Assembly: GCA_043228905.1 (NCBI GenBank)
Contig: JBHGNT010000022.1
Span: 8,122,001 to 8,186,000, forward strand
Length of the DNA: 64,000 nucleotides
Source: Azolla caroliniana
Taxonomy: Eukaryota > Plantae > Polypodiophyta
Direction of reading: 5' to 3'
How positions within the stretch are numbered: position 1 is the stretch's first letter; every line of letters begins with the position of its first letter. The notes below the pieces were generated by a model, which saw nothing but the letters and a program-made list of their open reading frames with translations, did no database searches and was not told where the DNA came from. Position numbers and translations under genes: made by a program. Below, piece after piece: positions 13,969 to 24,956 of the stretch.

Positions 13969-14944
13969 TACATTTCATCCCATCTTCTATACATACATAC
14001 TCAATTCTGATTCTTCTCCATCAGGCACACACGATTTCCCGCTGGACTTTGTGCCCGGCATCTCGACATCTAGATTGGGCCATCTCCCTATCCACACCCT
14101 CACAAATGAGGATCTCACTGGCCCAACTGAACAAGCCATATTTCGATCTTTCGCACATGGCCGGCCCGATCCCAAACGGGTCCTCGTGAATTCCTTCCAC
14201 GAGCTCGAGGCCGGGGCCATCGAAGCCTTGAGAGCGAAGAATGTGAAAATCGTGGCCATCGGCCCAACTCTAGGTGTGAGTCTTTGCAAGGACCTTGTGG
14301 ATGAGACTCAACTCCAATGCTTGCGGTGGCTCGATTCTCGTGAAGAGAAATCGGTGGTGTATGTGGCATTTGGGTCGGTGGGATTCTTGTCTGCGGAGGA
14401 GATACAAGAGGTAGCGGCCACATTGGAGGCAGTCGGCTGGCCGTTCCTATGGGTGATTCGCCAAGGATCGGCTACTGAATCGCTCCCGGAGAATTTCCGC
14501 CCCGGTCTCCTTCCTATGGAGAAAGGCCTCATAGTATCGTGGGCACCTCAGAGGCAAGTGTTGGAACACCGATCCATTGGAGCTTTTGTGACCCATTGCG
14601 GGTGGAATTCCTTGTTAGAGAGCCTGTGGAATGGGGTTCCAATGGTCGGGTGCCCTCGTATGGCGGAGCAAAACACGAACTTGTGGCTCATAGAACAATG
14701 GGGCATTGGGTTGCCAGGTGTGGACACCATCATGGGTGGCGTAGGAACCATACGGCACGCAACCCTCACACACGCATTGCAACGAGTAATGGGAGAGATA
14801 GGGCTTGGCATCGAAGACTTAACTCCGCTTAATTTGAGGAAGAAGGTGGCTCAGATGGCAATGGCTGCACATGCCGCATTGACACCCTCGGGTTCCTCCA
14901 CCCTTACATTCCAAGAGTTTGTGAGTGAACTCATAGAATGCTAG
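13396..14944 (+). CDS. Family-1 UDP-glycosyltransferase, 2 exons (13396-13930, 14025-14944), 484 aa
   Basis: HVLLFPFPEQGHINP (catalytic His), CLISDTF (Asp), PSPG box WAPQRQVLEHRSIGAFVTHCGWNSLLESLWNGVPMVGCPRMAEQ. A 94-bp phase-1 GT-AG intron (aag|gtcctc...catcag|gc) joins the two ORFs in frame. Confidence 0.95.
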
Positions 14945-16096
14945 ACAACCTCCTCATTTGTTTTGTTAGGGTTCTCTAGCTCTGAATAAAAGTGTAGTAG
15001 AAATGTTATGAAAGTTTGTGAGTGAGTTCATAAATCATAGTTAGCTCCTCATTGCTTTTGTTAGTGTTCTCTACCCCTAAATAAAAGTGTGGGTGATAGG
15101 TATTGTATTTATCCAAACCTTACCCTCACTATTAGAGCAACGTGCTAAATGTTTCCTCAAAACGTATAGTATTGCATGGTTCATTGGTTAGGTCACCCAT
15201 GGAAATCCCCACATTCTGAACTCTTCTCTCATTAATCTACTATTCTCTCTCTCTCTCTCTCAAAGATGAGAAAACACTCAAGATGTAATCTCTTATTTGG
15301 GCTTATAGGCCATTTTGGCCTCTTAAAAGACGTTAATATATCTTTCTTTCTTTCTTTCTCTCTCTCTCTCTCTTTTGGTTTTCTATTTTTCAGTCTTTAG
15401 TTGTAAAGTCACAATTATATGATTAATAAATGTGTAGTGTTTTTGGGTAATCTCTATTTTCCTTTATTTGAAGAAAAGGCACAATTATATTAATAAATGT
15501 GTGTAAAAGTGGTCACTATCGATGTTGGGCAAAGTTTTTAACCTCTAGTGACAACTGTTCTCTACTTCAACTTTACATATCTACATAGAGAGATATGTAT
15601 TCATATCATTACAAACCATGAATATATCTCTCGACATCCCCTAACCTTTCTTATTAGACCAAATGACGAATGTGATGTCCAACTAACTTACATACTTGTC
15701 TCTCTTCATGATTGAATATGCTTGACATCTCCAACAATGAAAATTGCCATAAAAGGAACCCCTTCAATCTCAACACTTGATTTAAAAAATTCTAACCGGC
15801 CATTTTCATATGAGTAATCATGTCATTCGGATCTTCTTGAAATTTTAAAAAAATATTCATCACATTTAAAATCATATAACATGAACATTAATAGGAAAAT
15901 TGGTAAAATATTGATAACATTTATAACAAAGTTCACCATTTAAAAAAAAATTACTACACCATATTGAAACATCACGTATCATATTGAACGTTACATATCA
16001 TAACAAACACATTTGTGTTCAGAAGTGGAAGGATCGCGCATTTGACTTTAAATTCCTTTTATAATTGTGCAAATTTATGCAATATATAGAAAACTT

Positions 16097-16245
16097 TATC
16101 CCACAATGGTCGTCCTCTCCTTTTCTTGAGGTAGTGGGCATCCACATAAGATGGACCTATCGTGTCCCTATAGGGATTTGTATATAATAATTTGCTTTGT
16201 AAAATCTTTATAACTAATGGAAAGAGTTTTTTTTGGAATATATAC
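16097..16245 (+). mobile_element. Severely 5'-truncated L1 insertion (3' end only) with 13-bp TSD
   Basis: Aligns with 11990-12135; flanked by ATATAGAAAACTT at 16084-16096 and 16246-16258. Confidence 0.85.
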
Positions 16246-16826
16246 ATATAGAAAACTTGTTACACTAGTATCACATGTTCGTTAACTAACCCATATAGAA
16301 TTTGCTAAATTATTAATATTTGACAAGTTTCAAAGTAAAAAATAAGTATTCTTTTGAACCTTTTTAAAGTTGTTGATCTCCAAATACTAAATGTACTTAA
16401 AAGTTAGAATATGCCTATTGTTTATGAGTTTGACAAAATTTAAACTTTCAAAATGTATTATGAAATATGCATAGTAGTTTTAAATGTTGGGGAAATCATG
16501 ATCTCCAAACATAAAATGTAGTCAAGTATTGGACTATGAACATGGTCTAGACAACATTTGATCTCCAGCTTTAACCATTGTGTGGAGGTGTAGGGAGAAG
16601 AAATGGAAGGTATAGTTATAGTTATTGATAATGTTGGGTGCAGTCAAATACTTAGTGAATGTTGCCGGATATAATAACTTAACCCAATGTTAGTAAGAAA
16701 GAAGCATATCAATATAAGAGCACAACCATACATATGTATTATATAATGGATACACTTGGACAGTCATTATGGCACACCCAAAAGTGAAGTGAGTTTGATT
16801 GGTATAACATATTCGATGATCAAAAG

Positions 16827-17091
16827 CATAGTATGTAAAATTCGTGTTCGTCTAGCATGACATTCGTTTTCCTATGTTGGTAAACGAATGCGAATGTTAT
16901 TCAAACATTCTTGTGTTTTTTATCCCCCATTTTTTAATGTTTATTTCCATTTTTTAGGCTTATTTACCTCATAATAAATAGTTCATTCAAAAGTATGGTA
17001 TTTATCATTCTTTGAGGGTGTTTTTCTTACGCGAATGATTAAAACATTCACGAATGCGAATGCACGTATGGTACATATGGTTTATACTATG
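16827..17091. mobile_element. hAT-type MITE (265 bp)
   Basis: Terminal inverted repeat CATAGTAT...ATACTATG, 8-bp TSD ATCAAAAG (16819-16826, 17092-17099), subterminal cgaatgcgaatg/cattcg repeats. Confidence 0.8.
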
Positions 17092-18651
17092 ATCAAAAGT
17101 ATACCTTAGATTGAAACAACAATAACATTGAGATTTAATGTTACACGACGTCAATTATAACATGTAGCTCAAGTTATAACGTCTATAGTAGCAACAAAAG
17201 AGAAACAATATAAACAATTAAGCCTACAATATAAACATCGATAGACATATTTAAAGAAAAAATATAAATATCGAACGCTTAGATTAAAATGTCAATATTA
17301 CATCGGTGACTATTTTACATAACTATTAAGATGACTACATCATTATCATCTTCATCTCTTTGAGAACTCTCCTCACAAATTGCTTCAGTGGTATCGACAC
17401 TAGACAGACTGTCAATCGTAGGGTCCTCTCGAAGGTCCTCATCGAGATCAATCAATTCCCTTGGTTCATCAACTAACAGAGGAATCGGCTCACGAGAGGC
17501 TGTTTGAAATCGCTTGGTATCAACGATCTGTTTAGCCCCTACTTCCTCATCTTGATCAAGACATTCCCATAAGGCTTTAATCCTCATGTTAATGAAATTG
17601 ACTAGTTCATCTTCTTTCTCCAGTGCAACCGTATTGCTAAAAAGCTTCAAACCAGATGTTGACGTAGTAATAATAATTGCTTTAACAAAGTTACAAGGTT
17701 ATTTTAATTGTGTAAACCATAGTATACATTATATAAAACTTTACCAGTGCCTGAGAATAAATCCAATATCCAATCTCCTTCATTGAAGAACATTTCTAAA
17801 AGGCGCATAATGAGTCGTTGAGGCTTCTAGTATGGGTTGACAAGACCACGCTTAGTTGTGGTCACGTGTCGCAATTTACGTGTAACTGTTGGATACACCA
17901 ATAGATTCGAACCTCCGACCTCATTTGAATGCTCCTTGATTTGTTGTTTTTTAATTTCATCAAAATATCCTATAGTTATATATTCGATCGCATTCACAAA
18001 TCTAAATGTTGGTCCTCTATTTACATTGGTTTTTATCCTGCACATGACAACGAAATAACCAGAAGACATACAATATCAAGTTTAGCATGAACCAGCCTTT
18101 TACAAATTATAAATTCAAGTAGTCAACATGTACCATGCTAGGTTCTCGATGCCATGACAATGAGATCTCAACGCTTGTGCAACAAAGTAGCCTTGGTCCA
18201 TACTATGAAATATTAAAATTCTCCACAAGGACACTGTCGTCATTTCTGCAAAATATTTCACCATTTTCTCTAATTTCTTAAACTTGAAAGGTTCTTCATC
18301 ATATGTTGATCCTACCATTCGAAAACCATATGGTATATCGGCAATCAACAACGTGTAGTCTTTTCTTGGCAATTTCTCCTTCATGTCGGCCATATCACCA
18401 CAGTATACATTGTAATATAAATCGCATATGATGTCTTTCTTGTGGCTAAATTTTTTGAAGGTTCCATCATCCTCCACATCGTATGCTTTCACTAAGCGAC
18501 GATCCTTTTCCTTTCTGGCCCTTTTGAGGCGAGCAAGAAACGATGTTGGGAAGTCATGGATGTCTTTTACTTCTCTCGGTTTCTTGTCTCGACATGGTTT
18601 CTAATGCGCACAGAAAATAGAATTAAAAGAGTTAAACTACGAAAGATAATA

Positions 18652-21600
18652 TGTTAATAATTAGGTAATTAAGTATGGGTTAATTAGTACCTAATTATAT
18701 AATTAAACAACAAATGATTATGTGATGTGTGTGTATGTATACGAGAGTGTGAGAGTAAGAGAGAAAGAACACTTATGAACAATGAGACAAGATGGGGGAT
18801 GATTAACTATATTATAAAGCATCATCAAATACAAACATACCCACAATGAGGTATATATACATCTCATGTGCAAAGGTGCACATGTGTGAGTAGAATATAG
18901 GTACAACGGTGTAAGTCCTATATTAAATGAACATGGGAGTGGAGGATCTATAATGTACCCCAGTCAAGTACAAAATCCTATTTAAGGCTTTAAGGTCAAC
19001 ACACTAACTAGATTCTATCAAGGTAACAACAAAGTTACGTGTGTTGACTAACTAACTAAATCTACTTGAGCTTGATATCTCAACCCGCCCCCTCAAGCTC
19101 AAGTGTGAGGCATCCGACATCCAGATTTGCTTTCGGCATTGTCCAACTTTCGATGTCGGCTTCTATTCGGCTTTCGGCGTCGACATTTTTGTGGCAGTTT
19201 TGGTTCCTCCCCCTCAAGCCTGTAACAAAGGCTTGTAGCACTAAATGGTCAAAGGCCGAGTGTTTGCCACTCATCATCCATGATTTCCATCCTTCGGTGG
19301 TCACTAGCCGCTTCCGTAAAGCTTTCAGGCTCATTTTCGGCTACCCACTTCATTGCGAAGGCATAGTGATGGGCCATATACTCATTGTAGCCGAACCGAG
19401 TGACTGGGTTCTTCTCTCGAGATGAGTGCTAGAGTTTTTCGCTTGCTAATGTGAACGCCTTCTTTACTCTGGGTGTCCGCATGATGGATACACCAAACTC
19501 AGTGTCTAGTGAGTGAGTCGACACATCTAAATCATTGTCGTTGGGGTGGTCAACTTCGTACTCGAGCATCTTACCTTTTGCCTTTGTCCAAGTTCGTACT
19601 TGGACGTGACATGCTTGGAATGCTTGAAGGCGCGGGTGGGCTTGAATTGTCCTTTGGTAGAGGACTTGTCTGAATATCATCCTCCGAGTTCACATTCAAC
19701 TCTTCCTCGGTCGGGTCGGGTGGAGCCGAATCAAGCTTATACCATGATGCCGATTCATCGAAGAATATGTCTCTACTCACCCGAACCGCTCGGGTCGAAG
19801 GGTTATAGAATTTGTATGCCCTCTTCTCGGACGAGTATCCTACGAGGATACATTTCTCTGACTTCATGTCAGGTTTCTATCGGTTTTCGTTCGGGATGTG
19901 TACATTCGCAATGCTTCTGAACACCTTGAGGTGCGATAGGATCAACTTCCTTCTATCAAGGAGCTCGTATGGAGTTAGCTCATGTACTCCATTAGTGGAT
20001 GCAACTTCGGCCCAATAGAAATTCGGCATGTGTTTCTCATCCGTCATGGCGCGTGCTACTTTGAGTATGTGCCAATTCTTCCTTTCGGCGACTCCATTTT
20101 GTTGGGGTGTGTGCCGGCAGGAGAATTCTCTCCGAATGCCTTCACCTTTGAGGTAGGAGATGAATTTGTCGGAGAAGTACTCCTTGCCTCCATCCGGTTG
20201 TAGGCATCTAATGTGCTTATCGGTTTCTTTTTCGACTTGGCCCTTGAGCTTTTGGATGTCGGATAGCACTTCGTTGTTCTTCTTCATCGGGAAGATCCAC
20301 GTGTAGCGGGAGTAGTTGTCGATGAAGGTGACGTAGTATCGGCATCTGCCAATTGTTTGCGTTTGAGCCGATTCCCATACATCCGAATGTATGACATCGA
20401 GTAAGCCTTTCGTTGCGTAGATTTCCTTTGGAAGTGGGAGTCGATGTTGTTTGCCGAGTTGACATGCGTCACACACTTGGTCAACTCATTTTGACTTGAA
20501 GGCTGGAAGTCTGATGCTGACTCCCTTTAATTGCATCGCTCGAACCCGTTGGAAGTTGATGTGGCTAATTCTTTTGTGCGACAACTCGATGTCGGTCTCA
20601 GTTTTGAGACCTTTGGCATACATGACCGATTTCACCTCGTTCAAATTGAGAATGAACATTCGACCGTCTCTCTGTCCTTTAGCTATGAGTTGACCATCTT
20701 TCTCGATGAACTTGCATGCCTTGCTCCACGATTTGGCTGACCAGGACCAAATTGTTTGTTATTGTGGGCATGTGCAAGACATTCTTGATGCAATTATTTT
20801 GGCTGTCGTTGCCGAATGGAACTTTGCCGATGTGCCGAATGGGATGTGTGGTGTTGCCTCCCATCTCTATGTAGCCGGGTCGATCCAGCATTCTTAGTTC
20901 ACGAAACCACTTTTGGTGTGACATCATATGATGTGAGGCGTTGGAGGTTCTTGTGGAGTCCGAGGCCGTCATAGAGTTCACTCTATGCCTCAATACGAAT
21001 AGCCCACCATAATTTTCGTATTCAGAGTTGGTGGCGTAATTTGTGAGTTGTCGGCTTGTTGAAGCCGACTCACTTCTCTTCTTTCGACACTCCTCTTCAC
21101 AGTGGCCAATTTTGCCGCAATAGTTGCAAGTAGCGGGCCACGTTTGCTGACCTTGTTTGGCATGGAAGCTCCCCCTTCTTCCGAAGGTTTCACTATGGCT
21201 TTCGTCTTGTTGTTGACCTCTTCTACCGCCTCAACCTTGTCCTCGACCACCATCCGAATTCAAGAAGAACATTTGTCCTTTCAATGTCTTGGTCTTGGTT
21301 CAGACGTGTTTCTCTTCAACCAATAACATTGATTGAAGGTCGAAGAATGAAGGAGGGTTTTCCGTCTCCAAGATTGCCGTCCTCAACAAGTCGAATCGTT
21401 GTGCGAGGCCGCCCAAGCATACTTGAACCATCTCGTCTTCGTTGACGTTTATGTTGATGGAACCAAGAGAGTCACAAAATGCTCTTAATCTTGGCAGTGT
21501 AGTTCAACATAGACATATCTTTTTGCTGAATGTTGCTCAAGTCTTGTTGGAGTTGAAGCTTTCGGGCAATTGTGTTGGCGGCGAACATCTTCTTCAAGTT

Positions 21601-22458
21601 CTCCCATGCCTCTTTAGGCGTCTTGGCATCTTGAATGTGGCTAAGCCTATGATCATGGACACATGTTGCCAAGCAATAAACATGTTGAGTTGTCAACGTT
21701 CTTTGGGTCGGGTCAATTTTCTTGTGCTCCGTTGATGTAGCTCCAATACCCTTGGCCGACTAGGTATTGGTTCAACTTGTACTCCTAGGATGAATAATTG
21801 CTCCAGTCTAGCTTTTCACTAGGGAGCGAACTACCTATTTGTGTGTTCATGTTGATTAGTGTCTTCTCTTCTATTTCTTCTTTGGTTTTTCTTCCTTGGA
21901 TCACGTACACGTGCTACATAACAGCACTATGGTAGCGGATAGACGGATTTGTCGTCGTCTCGACCACACAATCACGGAGTCGGGTGGGCTTAGTGGATTT
22001 TCTAAACCACATGCTCTGATACCATGTTAATAATTAGGTAATTAAGTATGGGTTAATTAGTACCTAATTATCTGATTAAGTAGCAAAAGATTATGTGATG
22101 CGTGTGTATGTATGTGAGAGTGTGAGAGGAAGAGAGGAAAAACACTTATGAACAAAGAGACATGATGGGGGATGATTAACTATATTAAAAAGCATTATCA
22201 AATACAAAAATACCCACAATGAGGTATATATACATCTCATGTGCAAAGGTGCACATGTGTGAGTAGAATATAGGTACAATTGTGTAAGTCTTATATTAAA
22301 TGAACATGAGAGTGGAGAATCTACAATGTAACCCATTCACGCACAAAATCCTATCTAAGGCTTTAAGGTCAACACACTAACTAGATTCTATCAAGATAAC
22401 TACTAAGTTACGTGTGTTGACTAACTAACTAAATCTACTTTAGCTTGATATCTCAACA
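18652..22458 (-). mobile_element. Non-autonomous Ty1/copia (gag-PR-IN; RT and RNase H deleted) inserted in an intron of the methyltransferase gene
   Basis: 434-bp LTRs at 18652-19085 and 22025-22458, TSD TAATA, PBS TGGTATCAGAGC, PPT at 19086-19097, integrase ORF 19877-20476 (PQQNGVAER). Confidence 0.92.
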
Positions 22459-22709
22459 TAATACAATTACCATATGCAAATAAGGAGAGAGATACTAACC
22501 CAATCCTTGAATGCAATGAAGTATTCTGATAGCATCTTATAAGAAGACGTCAACGGATATTATTCAGTCACTTGGTCCCATGTCAAGCAACCTAGTTGCT
22601 TCATCATAACTTCTTGGATTTTTCATGTAGACCTTATGACTGTCAAAACATATCTACACATTAGAACATTTGAAATCCTTGTCGTATAATACACTTTAAG
22701 AAAATAAAT

Positions 22710-22912
22710 GTAAGGACTTGTTGAACTTTGTCGCATAATACCCTAAAACTCTATACATAGGATGTGCTCAGAGAGCACTTTTATACAAGTCCATACGGAC
22801 TGATAGAAGTACTGACACGTACTTCAATGCTTATCAATGAATCCCTACACTAACTCCCAAAATATATTCCTCAACATTAATCCCTACACTATGTTGAGCT
22901 TGTATCTCAACA
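22710..22912 (-). mobile_element. Partial Copia LTR inserted in the ParB-MTase gene
   Basis: Begins TGTTGAGATACAAGCTCAACA on the minus strand, like the LTRs ending at 25388 and 30013, and shares cttttatacaag...gtacttcaatgc. The left boundary is uncertain. Confidence 0.6.
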
Positions 22913-24956
22913 TTAATCCCCTGCATCGCTCGCCAGAGAGACAACTTCATATCGTCGACTGCTTCTTGTATTGTTAGATCGATCTTTTTTTTGCAGCCAT
23001 GGACTTCAACTCTAATTATGGGTCGACTTTAGATTTCTTTAGCCTTTGACCCTTGACTTCCTTGTTCTCCCACATTGTAAATATTTGGTCATCTAAGTCC
23101 CAAACTTCACCATCCCTAAAGGCAAGTTGGAACTAGGACTCATATTTGTGGATACCATCCGACTTCAGTGCGTCATTGACCACTATCCCGATTTCATGTA
23201 AACATTGATGTCATCGTGCTAGGTATAGCTTGATGCCAGTTTTTTGCTTGGTGTCCAAGTATTTGTGGTAGAAGAATCGGATCCGCTCTATGGAAGACAT
23301 CTTCTGCCTATAATCGTTGTTAGTATTATGATCCCATGCTAGTAGTTTTGCCTCCTCTATAGTTAACCCGACGTAAATCTTGCAGTCAGCATACTTGAAG
23401 AAGTACGTGGTAGGACGTTCTTTGACAAGTTGCCTTCTTGCCTTAGTAGAGTGAGACCCCCCTATTACAAAGTAAATATATTGATCATGCTTTCTCACAT
23501 CAAAGTCTTCTATGTTAAGACATTCCTCAGGATCAACGATTACGATAAATGGAACGACGGTGCCATGTGGATTTTTCTTAATCTTTTTCTTGAGGTTTTT
23601 TGGACATGCAATTTATGTGGTTCTTGAATCTCAAGTGGGTGTTGTCCACTCTTCACGTCTATAGGTGGCTGATGGATGTGTGTAATCGGTAGGTTGAACA
23701 CTTGGCCTTTCCTTACAAGTTTCTTTTGCATAATTTCTCTTCGAATTTTATTTTTCTTAGATGATAACACCCTAGAGGCTAGCTCTACCCTTGGTGTTGA
23801 ATGATTTTCTTCGTCATCTGTTCAGCTTGAGTCCTCCGACTCCGACATCTTCGTCACCTTCTTTTTTGCAGGCCTTGAGTGAATGGCAACCTTTTTGGGT
23901 GGTGGTTTTTGTTTGAATGTATGGTCTCAATGTGGTTATCAAATATTTAGAACTTTCAATTGCCTCCTTGAAGGATTCAGGCCCACATGATTCTTTAATC
24001 GACCGATCTTTTGAAACATACATTTTGCGGACCCCCTTTTAACAACCTAAAAGTATTATTAAATTGTTAGAGTCGGGGTCTTCGTAGTCTAAACGAAAAA
24101 GCCTCTCGTAACTAAATGGGTGCTTCTTTGTGAGTTGGTCATGCCCCTTGTTCCATGCAATTAACAACACCACCTTTTTATTGAAGTTAATGTATTGCAT
24201 TGCCCACTCATAATCTGTCATATCCTTATCGGGCAATGTCTCCGCTCCTTCTGCAGCCACAAGTTTCTTTTGGCTCACTTCATCCAATGGTTGTCTTGTG
24301 AGGTCATCGTGAAAAAATAATTTCTTGGGCTTTTGAGAGAGTGTAGTCTCTTTGTGTTTGGTTGTTTCTATTGGGGAGCTTTGGTATTGAGTCGAATCTT
24401 CTTTACAACTCTTCCATCTTGACTTTTGGTAGACCTAATGACAAAAAAATAGTTCTAACCGGTTAGAGCATGGACCCCTATAACATTTAGGTTCTTTATA
24501 CATGACGAAATCATTAAGCTGAAAACATTACAATGGTTGTAGCCTTATTGACCTATAACAAATCCCAAAGAAGTAGAGTGAAAAATTAAAAAGAATTCCA
24601 TTGTTCATCCTATATATAATGAATGTGTAATAGAAACCCCTTTTTAGGTTGCTTCATCCAGACCTTGTTCAACAAGACCTTTCATGCCACTTAAAGTCAC
24701 TGAATGATAGAAATTACTTTATCATTTACAACATACTTGGGAAATCTCTGTTCTTCAACACCTGCCATAGCTGCTTCATTTGTAGACAACGAACCTTCCA
24801 TGATATGCATGCACTTGGAATTCCTTCATCCTCACAACCATAATAACAACATGGAATTGAATTGGGAAAACTTTACAAACTGTAGTATATCATTAATTGA
24901 TATCAATTTCTCATACGACACAAGAATTCGTGCATTGTCATCATTGAGAATATACT

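Larger units (their letters stand above)
17315..24434 (-). pseudogene. Spliced gene for a ParB/Srx-like domain fused to a beta-class DNA amino-methyltransferase (N6_N4_Mtase type); disrupted
   Basis: Exons about 24434-22913, 22639-22500, 18600-18134, 18037-17745 and about 17679-17315; the last three introns are GT-AG and phase-compatible. Motifs: YFVIGGSHSTKARR...IYVGLTIEEAKLLAWDHN (ParB-like); VYCGDMADM...YTLLIADIPYG; WIK; EYITIGY; NPY*KPQRLIMRLLEMFFNEGDWILDLFSGTG; TTSTSGLKLFSNTVALEKEDELVNFINMRI. Confidence 0.8.

Noticed and set aside
17315-24434. Bacterial contamination as the source of the methyltransferase
   Set aside because: The gene has spliceosomal GT-AG introns and a plant Copia with TSD inside one intron, and it is contiguous with plant UGT genes.
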